A stretch of DNA of 64,000 nt from contig OZ024743.1 of NCBI GenBank assembly GCA_964016885.1, positions 63,116,001 through 63,180,000 on the forward strand, written 5' to 3'. A program made the position numbers and the translations under genes. This document shows, piece by piece, positions 43,956 through 57,714 of the stretch; positions within the stretch are counted from its first letter, which is position 1, and the number at the start of each line of letters is the position of its first letter. Origin of the DNA: Eledone cirrhosa (lineage: Eukaryota). The notes beneath the pieces are model-generated. The model was given only the letters and a program-made list of their open reading frames with translations. It was not told the origin of the DNA and did no database searches.

Positions 43956-44293
43956 CATCATCATCATTTCATTTTACGTCCGCTTTTTCCCTGCTTGCAA
44001 GGGTGGGACGGGAACCGATTCTGGCTTGATTTCTACAGCTGGATGCCCTTCCTAACACCAACCTCATTTACAGTGAGTGCTGGGTGCTTTTTTTCCGTGG
44101 CGCCTACACGACCACTTTGCAGTGGAATGATATGGACCCCAGTCCCTATCATCTCATTTCTACAGCTGAGTAAACTGGAGCAATGTGAAAAAAAGTGTCT
44201 TGCTCAAGGAAACAACACATCACCTAGTCTGAGAATTGAACTCACAACCTTTCGATTGCAAGGCCAATGCTCTAACCACTAAGCCATGTGCCT
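43956..44293 (-). mobile_element. Full-length tRNA-derived CORE-like SINE with RTE-derived tail
   Basis: A box TGGCTTAGTGG, B box GAGTTCAATTC, CCTTGAGCAAGACAC core; tail matches the RTE 3' end at 7520-7570; possible TSD TCTGTTT. Confidence 0.85.
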
Positions 44294-44688
44294 CTGTTTA
44301 TGAAATATATTTACTTATGTTAAGATGATTGATAGTTAAAAATGGTTGATATATATAAAAAATGCTTTCATTAGCTCCCAAACCTCTAGCAATGTCTCCA
44401 TTCATTCATTCATTCATTCATTTCTCTGTGAATCATAAACAAAGATAGTTATATAGTTTAATGGCTCCCACATTCAAAAGTAATCCAAGTACAAGTTATC
44501 TTTGCTTGTTCATATCTTAATATATAGCATATAAAGTTTAGAGACCTTTAACCCACCCTACAATTTCTATTTCAAGTTGTTAAAGCACAGGACCAAATGC
44601 CATATGCTATTTGTTTTGGCTGCCTGCACTTTGTAAAGTTTTGAACTGAAACTAAAAGAAAAAAAAAGGAACGTGAGAATGGACTTAC

Positions 44689-44761
44689 TTTCCTATCTGG
44701 GCAGTTAATGTTCCAAGTTTGTTCTGGTCACATTTCAGAATCGACAGTTTCTTTAAAAAAC
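44689..44761 (-). CDS. scrib: Scribble-like LRR exon
   Basis: tttcag / gtaagt; 73 nt, phase 1->2; GFLKKLSILKCDQNKLGTLTAQIG, in frame with neighbouring exons. Confidence 0.9.
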
Positions 44762-47098
44762 CTGAAACAGAAAATATTCATGTATTAATATATGAGAATG
44801 ACATTAAGGATATATGTGTCTGCAGAATGCTCAGCCACTTACACATTAATTCCTCGAATAGGCTGTTCTATTGATCGAACAACTGGAACACTCATCGTTG
44901 AAACCAATGGATGTCAATTCCATTAAGACACAAAATATTGCATAAAGTTAAAACAAAAAGTGTTTTAGGACCATTAAATAAAATAGTATCATGATGATCT
45001 GCATTTTATGTTAAGTAATAGATATTTGTGTACAAAATATATACAGCATCTGCCTTCTTGGACTATTCATTGGTTTGTGATAATTAGAATACAGGCAGTG
45101 TTTGGTATATAATCTGTAGAGAGTCAGTATATAGCATTAGAAAGTAGATTCTAGTAGCTTGTCAATGAACAAAGTACAGCAGTACAAGCGTTTTAAGGAA
45201 ATTTTCCTTGATAAAGCAATGGCTAGCCTTGTGGGACTTTACTCATCAAGAGGATCTTTCTCAGGCAACGGTGTCAACTGTTTTAGTTGCCTCTTATCAC
45301 ACAGAAAGTATGTGAACTTTAAAAAATTGGAAAAATAGAATCCAGTTCCATAAAGAAAAAAAAAGTCAAGGAAAATTGCAAGGTTTTCAAGGATAGTTGC
45401 TAAAATATAGGTGTTACACAAGACATTATTGGTGGAGAATTGTCAAAGTTGTTTTGGCTTTTGGATTAAATGCATTGATATTTGTTCTGACTCACTGTGC
45501 TCTGAATTCAAATCCTGCTGGGGGTCAACGTTGCTTTTATTGTTCCAATGTTGAAAAATAAAGTACTAGTTCAAACACACTAAGTGACCTTTCCTTTCCA
45601 ACAAAAGGTATTTACCTAATTTATCAGATTTTAAAAGATCACAAGTACAGAGAAATTAAAATTGCCCCAACTAAAATATTTTCTATCATCATTCTGATTT
45701 CTAATTCCGTGGTGGTATACTTTTCCTTTCATTCTTCTGTACTTTTGTGATGAATTATGTAACAGGATTACGTTGAACCCAAACATATAATAATACAGGA
45801 ATCGTAAACACAAGGTTCTAAAAACCTTCGCTAAGTACAAACTACTACCTCCCTACAGACAACCGACGTTGCACACTAGGTCTGAACAGGGAAGAGCCGA
45901 ATTCCCACTGTCATCGCCTCCGTCTCTCTCACCCCCCCCCCCCCCATCTCTCTATATTATGAGCAAATGGGGTCCCACGTGCTGGCCGCCCCACGGCTCC
46001 AACAGACGTTATAATTTAATGTCCACTTTCCCTACTAGCAAGGGTCGGAAAGGTCTTCAGAAACCAGGTCTGTACTGAAGTGGGGCCACTAACCTGGACA
46101 GGCTGAGGGTTTGCATCTCACTTACATACAATTCTGTGTTCTACCAAGTGTTCACCAACACCAGAAAGGTTGTCATATCTCTGACACAACTAGTGGGTAG
46201 TCAAAACTTTTTGTTTGGCAAGAGTTCAACTGTTGGATACTAGACCAACCACTCTACAGCAAGTACTGGGAGTGTTTCTCATGTAAATCTCCAACATTAG
46301 AGAGGTTGTTGTATCATTGACACAACTGAAGCGTCTTCTCAACCCATTTAGACATGGTTTTTACAGCGCTGTGCCCTTCTTGTTGCCCCCCCCCTCCCCC
46401 TTACAGGATGCACCGGGTGCATTTTCATGGACCATTACCAGAGAAGGTGTTGGTCATTGTCCCAACTGAAGGGCCCTCTCTGTTCTGGGGAGGGGGTGTG
46501 ATAGGGGAGGAAGATAGGTATGAAGTCATAGGTGTATGTGGTCAATAGAGAGTGGGGTGGGGGTGGAGAGATAAGTAAGGGGTGTTAGGGAGAGGATGTA
46601 CAAGGGATAGAGAGAGTAGCTATTTGAGTGCAATAGTGAGAATATCTAAGGACTTTAGAGGGGGAAGTAGCTAAAGAGTGGTTCTAGGAGGGGCATGGGT
46701 TGTAGGTAGTATAAGTAATTTTCTCATTATGAAGCTCAACTTATACTACTAAATATTATTTGTAAATCATAGGGAGTGCCTTTCATTAGAAAGTATGGTA
46801 AAGGTTAAAAACCCCACTTAGAAAGAGAAAGGAAAATCTAAGTAAATACTTTACTAAATTAGCCTTTCTATGTCCATATTTCTCATGAAAGACACTGCTT
46901 ATGGTTTTCAAATAATTTTTTCATTATTCATCTGGTGTTTGGGCCATAACTTAAAGGTTCTTACATAAAATTATGATGGAAGGGTTTTAAATAAAAGATG
47001 ACAAACATTTAAACCTAAATAGTTTTGTAACGCAGAATCAAGGCCAAATTCAGTTGGTTTGGTAACCCTTTTGTTACCATAATTCTAATGAAATACAC

Positions 47099-47262
47099 CA
47101 GTCATGGGCAAACTGCAGCTCACAAGCCGCATATGGCCCATTTGGCTTTCTGAATGGCACACCTAATTTCAAAATTGCCATGAAATTTTTACTAGTGCAG
47201 CTTGCCTAAAGCAGAGCCACATCCTATGAGGCTCACTGCTCGACAAAAGTTGCCCATTTCTA
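47099..47262. mobile_element. hAT-type MITE nested in piggyBac-type MITE 47066-47476
   Basis: 8-bp TSD AAATACAC (47091-47098, 47263-47270); imperfect TIR CAGTCATGGGCAAACT / AGTTGCCCATTTCTA. Confidence 0.8.
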
Positions 47263-49513
47263 AAATACACTGTCAATGATTTTCAAAGAATTTTGAAAAT
47301 GAAAAATTTGCAGGGATTTAATAGTAGAACTAATTTTATCATTATATAACTGATGTTTGGTAGAGACCTTAAGGGTTCTTAAATAAAATTATGATGGCAG
47401 AATTTTGATAAATATAAACATGAAAAAATAAACAGCTATATATCATTGAACCAAAGGTAGTTTGGTATCAAAAGGGTTAAAACACAGCCAACAACAACGA
47501 TGGAGAGCATATTTCAACTTTGATAGGTGATGAACAACTAGAATATCAAACTATCACATTAACTATCAGAAATGATCGATACAAGGCATAATTTCTTTTC
47601 AATAATAATAACGATGGAACATTACATTTTATACCACAGCTAATAGCCAATGCTTATTGATATTTACATCAGAGTGAAGCTGCAAACATTTCTATTTGGT
47701 TAAATTATACAAATAGTTAGGCATTAAAATAGGTACAAATTATGGCATAATTTTTCAGTTGCCAATAAAGAGAAATTGAAACTGTTTAACTAGATTTATT
47801 TAATAAGTGAAGCCAGAGCCATTAGGTTAATGATTTGATTAACTATGGGTTGTAAAACATAGGATATAATTGATAATCTGATTAAGTGGCTATTTAATAG
47901 ATTTATAGCTCCCGGAGACAACTTAATATGGAAAGACTGATGGCGGTGGGGTAAACTATATTGCATCATATATAGTAGACAAATGCAGTCGTAATAAAAT
48001 TGCTGTATTAATGTCTGAGCTTTTAATCTTCAAGCTAATACTCCAGTAATTAAAATAAGCAATGGCATGAATTGAAAAATATGTAAGTTTAGGAGTAATG
48101 TATTGAATAATGTATACAAAAGAATGATAAATTAATTAAAAATTCCTTTTAACGAAAGCAAGAAAAAAAAAAAAATCTAGCAGTAATTCTTAGCAACTTG
48201 CAAAGAAAAGGGGGAGATAATTTCAAGAAATTAAGAATTAATTTCACAAAATTTATGCAAAAATTTGATCTTTGTTAGCAAGTAAGCTGACAGCAAGCTA
48301 TGGACATGTTTCAGTTTAATGAAACTGAAGTTTACTTGATCAATTAACGAAAAAATTTAACCTCATTCCAGTTCCTTAACTTCTAAATGATCTTGCTGAA
48401 ACAGTGCTTTTTCTCATATTACTAGTTTAACAAACAGTTTCTCATAGCTGTATACTATTTCAATAAATATAATTTAATTTCTAAGTTTTATTTGTTAGGC
48501 AAGTAACACAATTTGAATGATGTGTTGAAATTGAAGTAATTAAATGTGTATGTGCACGCATGTCCTTAACTGCTTGTTTATGCCCTGTAACCTTAGTGGT
48601 TCAAGAAAAAGTAAGTACTGGTGTTGATATGATTGCCTAAATAACTTCAAGGCAGTATCCCAGCAGGACTGCAGTCAAATGGCTGAATCCAGTAAATAGA
48701 TGCGTTTATGTTTTATAAACGCTGTTTTTGTGCAGATATACAGAACCAATATGGTGGAGTATTGAACCTTTTGAATCCTAAGCATGAATTATTTAATTCA
48801 TTTAACTCTTGATACCAACCCACTTGAGACTGCCTCTGATACAAATAACATCCACTTGGAAATGTTCATAGACAAAATTAAACCTGTCTTAATTCTAAAG
48901 TAAGAATCTTTTGTTACAACATTCCTAATGAAAGATGTTGCCAAAGATTTTCAAATAATTTTGAAAATTATCAAATATTTGAAGGGATTTAGTAATAATT
49001 ATGCCCAGTTTTTTTTCTCAGCTCATCCATGCACATTAACATTTCTCATCGAACAGAACATGCTAGATTTGTTTCTCTCCAATTGTTTTGTATCCTCTGC
49101 ATTCATTACTCATGTTTCATTATCATGTACCATCATGCTTCTCATGCAGACATCACACCAATCTACTCTTTCCTCAAAGAAAGAAACCACCTCTTGCCAA
49201 CAGAGATTTTTGACTACCTATACACTTCATGTGTTAAAAAGGATGTTTGTTTAGGTGAACTTTTTCACTCCTTTTCCTTTATAGTATTTATCTTTTAATT
49301 GAATTTCTCAGTCAGTTCTACATGCTTGTCTATTTCTCTTCCATACATACAGCAAGTGTTTTAAGACCATTTTCTCTGCCAAAGCAGGGATTAGCTTTGC
49401 GAGCCCTGTGACGTGGAATTCTTTATGAAGTGAGGTTTTACAATAGAATTCTCTTCCTAGCACCAACGCTTTTAGTTGTTTCTTACAACACACAGGGATA
49501 TGGTGTACCTATG

Positions 49514-49898
49514 GAGGCATATGGCTTAGTGGTTAGAGCATTGGCCTTGCAATCAAAAGGTTGTGAGTTCAATTCTCAGACCAGGTGATGTGTTGTTTCC
49601 TTGAGCAAGACATTTTATTTCACATTGCTCCAGTTTACTCAGCTGTAGAAATGAGATGATAGGGACTGGGGTCCCTCTCATTCCACTGCAAAGTGGTCGT
49701 GGAGGTGCCATGGCTTAAAGGACCTGGCCCACACTGTAAAGTGGACGTGTAGGCGCCATGGAAAAAAAAGCACCCAGCACTCACTGTAAATGAGGTTGGT
49801 GTTAGGAACGGCATCCAGCTGTAGAAATCAAGCCAGAATCAGTTCCCGTCCCACCCTTGCAAGCAGGGAAAAGCGGACGTAAAATGAAATGAAATGAA
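49514..49898 (+). mobile_element. Full-length tRNA-derived CORE-like SINE with RTE-derived tail
   Basis: Near-identical inverted counterpart of 43956-44293, with one extra internal unit. Confidence 0.85.
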
Positions 49899-50290
49899 TT
49901 CTAAAGAAGATACACAGTCGTACACACTGTGAATAAATGGGCTGCTACTGTAAAGTAGAAAGCTTTTGAGAACTTGGCATCTATTTGGTATAATTAGTGT
50001 TGGAGGTCGTTGTAATGTAAATATAGTAACTTGATTATGTAAAGCATAGAAGAAGTTGAAAGAGCTGTTAGCTCTGTTGGCAAAAGGTTTTTCTCTCTCA
50101 GTACAAAAAGCAGACTGTATGAGATGTGTAAGCATTCTTCCACAGCATCATATTGGCATTGAATATAAAGGAAGATCTGCAGAAGATAGAGAGAAATGTG
50201 TTGAGTTTGCATGAAAGGTATAGTAGCACAATTAAGCTGGAAGGCTGGCTCAGATTTTGAAGACATTGCGCTATGTATACAGAAAAGACA

Positions 50291-50440
50291 CCTGGTGTAA
50301 ATAGGGTCCGATTGTTTAGCAGTGGTTGATGCCACATAGGGTGTAAATAGGGTCTGATTGTTAATAGTGGATAATACCACATGTGCTGGTATGGACATTT
50401 GGTGTAAATAAAGTCTGACTTAACAGTGGACAATGCCACA
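50291..50440. repeat. Diverged short tandem repeat (GGTGTAAATAGGGTC..GCCACAT), about three units
   Basis: Seen directly. Confidence 0.65.
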
Positions 50441-50866
50441 TGTGTATCTTCCTTAGATCAGAGTTTAATGAAAGACATGAGTGGAATTGGTGAGATGAGA
50501 TCTCCTAAACAGGATGATACAGTAGAAGAGACTTGTTTAAGGCACTGTGCAGTGGGACAGAATTTGAAACCACATGATTGAGAAGCAAAGTCCTTGACCA
50601 CACAACCATGCCTACACACACACACACAAATATACATATATAAACAGCAGTTGAGCAGTAGAAATGCTAAACAAAAGAATATCATATTTAGTCACATCCT
50701 TTTGACATACTAAGGCTTCTAGGGTTGAAGTTGCTTTTCAACTCCTCCAAGATTGATTTAATTAACTTATACCACTTCATTGCAATTTTTGGTCATGTGC
50801 CAATGCAAAACCTCATCGTCGTCATCATCATCATCATCATTGTTGTTAAATATAACCAAGCTATTA

Positions 50867-51058
<192 letters not shown>

Positions 51059-51737
51059 TTACTTAGTAAGATCAGTCTCTGTTAAAGGCAAAAACACACA
51101 ACCCTCCCCTCACACATATACAGTGAAACAAAATACTAAAAGTGAAAAAAACAACAACAAAAACAAAGTCATGTAAAGAGTTCAGTTCAAGGATGATGTC
51201 CACTTCAGTTTTCACAGCTAAAGCAACTAGGTCTACAAACATCAATACTACATCATCATCAACAGTGTCCATTTTCCCCCTTCTACTAGCAAAAGTTGAA
51301 CAAATTTGCACAGATCAAGCCAACACTTAGCCACAGCTACTGACCTCATATATGTTTCTGCACTTTACAGAATGTACTAGGTGCATTGTATCGTGGGAGA
51401 CAATATAAAGTTTGAAAGAACTCTTCAGTCTGGCCTAACATGTGACTGGCTAGTGCTGGTGCCATGATAAAATGCATCTAGAGCACCCTGTAATGTGTTA
51501 GCGTTGGTACCATGATAATATGCACACAGTCCACTCTGTAAACTGATAATGCTGGTGTCTTGAAAAACGCACCCAGCACACACTGTAAGGTGGTTGACAT
51601 TAAGAAAGGTATCCAGCCATAGAAACCAAGCCAAATATGGAATGTAGCAAGCAAGACTGGTCATTCTGACCTGCCTGGTATCAGACCATGAAAATTTGTC
51701 CAGCCCATGCCAGTGTGGAAAGGGAACATAAAATAAT

Positions 51738-51921
51738 TGTTTCTACATTTGGCACAAGATCAGCAATTAACCAGTGCATTACTGGTACTTTATTTTATCG
51801 ACACCTTAAGGATGAAAGGTAAAGTTAACTTCGGCGGGATTTGAACTCAGAATGGCAAGGGCCATAACTCTATGCGTCAAAGCATGGCGTCCGACCCTCT
51901 ACCGATACTGCCAATCCACCG
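51738..51921 (-). mobile_element. tRNA-derived SINE with 16-bp TSD
   Basis: TSD GGGAACATAAAATAAT at 51722-51737 and 51922-51937; inserted in the tail of another SINE. Confidence 0.8.
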
Positions 51922-52060
51922 GGGAACATAAAATAATGATCATCAGTATATATACTGAAGAAATTATACATGAAATATACTAAAGCTATTTTTAAGATCA
52001 AATACTTGAATGTTGTGTCTTAACAGTGCCCAGGTTATAATAAATCACAGGTAGCAATGA

Positions 52061-53860
52061 AGGTGGTGGTGGTAATGGCTGAAATAGTAGTGATGATGAT
52101 ACTGGCAGTGGTGGTGATACTGACAGTGATGGTGTTGGTGGTGGTGATATTGACAGTGGTGGTGATACTGGTGGTGATACTGGCAGTGGTGGTGGTGATA
52201 TTGACAGTGGTGGTGATACTGACAGTGGTGGTGGTGGTGGTGGTGATACTGGCAGTGGTGGTGGTGGTGATACTGGCAGTGGTGGTGGTGATACTGACAG
52301 TGGTGGTGATACTGGCAGTGGTGGTGGTGGTGGTGGTGGTCATACTGACAGAGGTGGTGGTCATACTGACAGAGGTGGTGGTGGTGATACTGGCAGTGGT
52401 GGTGGTGATACTGACAGTGGTGGTGATACTGAGAGTGGTGGTGTTGGTGGTGGTGGTCATACTGACAGAGGTGGTGGTCATACTGACAGAGGTGGTGGTG
52501 GTGATACTGACAGATGTGGTGGTGATACTGACAGTGGTGGTGATACTGGCAGTGGTGGTGATGATACTGACAGTGGTGGTGATACTGACAGTGGTGGTGG
52601 TGGTGATACTGGCAGTGGTGGTGGTGATACTGACAGTGGTGGTGGTGATACTGACAGTGGTGGTGATGATACTGACAGTGGTGGTGATACTGACAGTGGT
52701 GGTGTTGGTGGTGGTGGTGATACTGACAGAGGTGGTGATACTGACAGTGGTGGTGGTGGTGCTGGTGGTGGTGGTGGTGATACTGACAGTGGTGGTGGTG
52801 GTGCTGGTGGTGGTGATACTGGCAGTGGTGGTGGTGGTACTGACAGTGGTGGTGGTGGTACTGGCAGTGGTGGTGGTGGTACTGGCAGTGGTGGTGGTGG
52901 TGATACTGGCAGTGGTGGTGGTGGTGATACTGGCAGTGGTGGTGGTGGTGATACTGGCAGTGGTGGTGGTGATACTGACAGTGGTGGTGGTGGTGATACT
53001 GGCAGTGGTGGTGGTGATACTGGCGGTGGTGGTGGTGATACTGGCAGTGGTGGTGGTGGTGATACTGGCAGTGGTGGTGGTGATACTGACAGTGGTGGTG
53101 GTGGTGATACTGGCAGTGGTGGTGGTGATACTGGCGGTGGTGGTGGTGATACTGACAGTGGTGGTGGTGGTGATACTGGCAGAGGTGGTGGTGATACTGA
53201 CAGAGGTGGTGGTGATACTGACAGTGGTGGTGGTGATACTGACAGTGGTGGTGGTGATACTGACAGTGGTGGTGTTGGTGGTGATACTGACAGTGGTGGT
53301 GGTGGTGATACTGGCAGTGGTGGTGGTGATACTGGCGGTGGTGGTGGTGATACTGGCAGTGGTGGTGGTGGTGATACTGGCAGTGGTGGTGGTGATACTG
53401 ACAGAGGTGGTGGTGATACTGACAGTGGTGGTGGTGATACTGACAGTGGTGGTGGTGATACTGGCAGTGGTGGTGGTGGTACTGGCAGTGGTGGTGGTGG
53501 TGGTGATAGTTGCAGTGGTGGTGGTGATAGTTGCAGTGGTGGTGGTGGTACTGGCAGTGGTGGTGGTGGTACTGATACTGGCAGTGGTGGTGGTGATACT
53601 GGCAGTGGTGGTGGTGATACTGGCAGTGGTGGTGGTGATACTGGCAGTGGTGGTGGTGGTGGTGGTGATAGTTGCAGTGGTGGTGGTGGTAGTGATAGTG
53701 GCAATGGGTGGTGGTGATACTGACAGTGGTGGTGGTGATATTGGCAGTGGTGGTGGTGATAGTTGCAGTGGTGGTGGTGGTGGTAGTGATAGTGGCAATG
53801 GTGGTGGTGGTAGTGATAGTAGTTAGTTTGATGGTGGCAGTAGTATTTCTGATGGTGATA
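52061..53860. repeat. (GTG)n-ATACTG(A/G)CA minisatellite, about 1.8 kb
   Basis: Units are 9 nt plus a variable number of GTG triplets. Confidence 0.95.
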
Positions 53861-54639
53861 TTCCACTATAGTTCCCAACAGGAATCACAATTTCAACAAC
53901 ACCAGATAAATGGCTCTTAACCCTTTTGATACAAATCCTTGCTCAAAATTACCTCTGGTTCTATGAAACAAATTTAAAATCTTCAAACATAATTTGATGA
54001 AAAGAACCTTTTGTTATATTACAAATACCATCTTAACCCCTTAGTATTTAAACCAGCTATATCTGGCCAGAATTCTCTCATCTCTTTCTGTTCATAACTG
54101 GTCATAACTGGCCACTCATACTGATGTTATGGTATTGTTCTCAAAATAAATAATATCAAAATCTCATAGATTCAATATTATATGGGATAAAGCCTTGACC
54201 ACACAAATACAAGGGTTAGGTCAAATACAGTATTATACATATCCTCAATGAGAAATATGATTATTGAAGGATGAAACACTTAGAAAGTCAAACCTCCAAC
54301 AGACAGAAGTATTTTATTGTCTTGGCAAGGAATGAAGTAGTGGATATCAAAAAGGACAAATGATGTTGACAACTTGTTGACTGATCATACAGAAAAGGAT
54401 TATAAATGCCATAAATGAGAGGAAAGGGTGGACTATAAATGCCATAAATGAGACCAAGGGCTATTAGACAAAGGAAGAAAGAAAGAAGGAAGGAGAGAGG
54501 GTGACAGACTCAACACCTATGTCAGAGTGGTGTTGACTATATATGAGAAATAACATAAGACTGCTTCCATTGCACCTGCTACTGTGCATCAGAATTTTAG
54601 TTTCCTTAGCCACACACATGTGTTTTCCTCAAGTTACAT

Positions 54640-54975
54640 GCCAGACATGAAGGTAATTTCTCTAAGATATCAATATTTTGTAAATAAGATATGTGAGATA
54701 CAATAATTGAAAAAACAGTTCAGATATTATGGGCATGTGGTTAGAATGTCTCGGGAAAGAATTGCTGGACAGATTTTATGGGCAAAACCAACCGGCAGGA
54801 GACTCAGGGGCAGACCCTGAGCAAGATGGTTAGCTAACAACCATGAGCTTAGCTGGTCACACTTTGGGATCCAGCTGGATCAGTTGGAGACTGTTGCTTC
54901 TGACAAGACACACTGGAAGGTGTGTTTGAGGGCTCTACCCCATGACTCTCTCAGGAATAAGTGGGCGAAAAGAAG
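54640..54975 (+). mobile_element. RTE 3' end relic
   Basis: QFRYYGHVVRMS..GRRLRGRP; related to 28660-28810. Confidence 0.7.
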
Positions 54976-55245
54976 AGGTACAATAAAATGATTTCTAGGT
55001 GTAAAATCCTTGGTAGTTACAATGCTTTTGCTTCATTTCTTCTTATATGCTCCAAACACTAACTTAATAATAAGGAAGTTAGTTAAATCATTAAATCGCC
55101 CAAACGTGATCATTTTCAAATAAATTAAAAAATATGATAACAAAAGGGTTAACAGAACAAAGAAAAATAAAATAAAATAGTAAAAACAAAATTATTATTG
55201 ATCAGAATTAGTGATAAAAAAATGGAAAAAAAAAACATTACTTAC

Positions 55246-55320
55246 CCGAGGTAACTGGTGAAGACTATTACAATCTAGCCAGAGTTCTTGTAAACTGTTT
55301 AAGTCACCAATTGTTTCTGG
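55246..55320 (-). CDS. scrib: Scribble-like LAP protein, LRR exon (first exon found in window)
   Basis: ttttcag acceptor and gtaag donor; 75 nt; PETIGDLNSLQELWLDCNSLHQLPR fits the LxxLxLxxNxL LRR pattern of Scribble/LAP proteins. Confidence 0.88.
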
Positions 55321-55874
55321 CTGAAAAAAAACAAAACAAATAAAATACATAAATATTTATTTAAGTCGTTTGGAAGCCTCGACAATGCAAATGGGTAAAT
55401 CTCCGGGTAACAAGATCCGGTGGTGGAGATAGAGATGTAAGTGGGTGTACGTTGAGATGCGTGGTGTATATAAGACATGTAGAGGAATGAAGGAAAGAGC
55501 GTAAAGGATAAAAATAAAAATAACAACACGAGAGAGAGTTACATTGGGAGAGATTTAATTGTCCCTATATATTTCGGATTCACATCCACCAACTAGGGTT
55601 TTTTTCCGGGGTGGGGTAAAGGTTGTCTGTCGGAAAGGTGCGAAACGTGTCCTCCGCTGATCATTGTTTTGAATATCTGAGGTATTCAGCATGTTATAAT
55701 GATTGTACTGCATTTTTGTCAGTTTGTCACACACAAATCAGAAAAAAGTCTTCGAAATATATTTAGAATTAATGGAACACAAAAGTAAGACAAACAGAAT
55801 GGTCTAAATGTAATAATCTGTTATCATCCCTACCAACAGTGTTCTCTCTCTCTCTCTCTTTATCTACATACATA

Positions 55875-56085
55875 CAAGGGGATGCAGAAAAGTTCCTGGC
55901 TTTGAGTAAAAGAAAATACAGGGGAATCAGTTAATTATGAATATTATTCAACATAATCCCCTCTCAGATTCACACACTTGTTGCAGCAGTCCTTCAGTTT
56001 CTTTAAGCCTTGTAAAAATAACTGGGAAGGTTGGGCCTCCAACCAGGCCTCTGTAGCAGCGATCAAGCTAGGAGCTATTCAACTT
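55875..56085 (+). mobile_element. Tc1/mariner-type terminal fragment
   Basis: TA|CAAGGGGATGCAGAAAAGTTCC resembles a mariner TIR; no partner end seen. Confidence 0.5.
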
Positions 56086-56089
56086 CCCT

Positions 56090-56140
<51 letters not shown>

Positions 56141-56329
56141 AAGTGGTTACACAACAGTTAGTTCACCATACCGAGAACAATTGTTCCACCTTAGCAGATC
56201 CTCAGCTCGTGATGGACATGGTTATACGGAACAGGCTGTTCCGTATAACCATGTCCATTACGAGCTGAGGATCCGCTAAGGTGAAACAATTGTTCTCGGT
56301 ATGGTGAACTAACTGTTGTGTAACCACTT
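56141..56329. repeat. 189-bp near-perfect palindrome
   Basis: 94-bp arms, 1-nt centre at 56235, 3 mismatches. Confidence 0.95.
56261..56298 (+). ncRNA. Minimal type I hammerhead-like motif within the palindrome
   Basis: CGAG-CTGAGGA-TCCGCTAAGGT-GAAA-CAATT-GTT-CTCG; palindromic stem III ACAATTGT. Confidence 0.6.
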
Positions 56330-56391
56330 CTACCTAACTCGTCCCATGGACTGAGTGCTCCACCACTACGGATATTCCTTCCAGTGTTCTA

Positions 56392-57538
<1,147 letters not shown>

Positions 57539-57664
57539 ATATTGTTATACTTTGGGAGGGTCATGTTGCCAATAAGAAACACACGCACCAGTTGCTGTCA
57601 CTTCAATTTATTATATATTTATAAATTCATAAATTTACAAATCTACAAACTTATAAATTATAAA
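57539..57664 (+). repeat. Left 126-bp inverted repeat
   Basis: Reverse complement of 61458-61583 with one mismatch. Confidence 0.92.
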
Positions 57665-57714
57665 TTTCTGGTTGGTTGGTTGGTTCCACAACCAGATAGT
57701 TGTTTATATATATA

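Noticed and set aside
45860-46020. Small GC/CpG-richer patch with CACGTG as an internal promoter
   Set aside because: Too short, adjacent to repeat fragments, and no supporting exon found
49514-49590. tRNA gene
   Set aside because: A and B boxes continue directly into a SINE body and tail; multiple diverged copies
52035-53878. 587-aa Thr-rich mucin-like ORF and its antisense Val-rich ORF
   Set aside because: Open frames follow from the triplet-based minisatellite; no signal peptide, unique domain or clear splice sites
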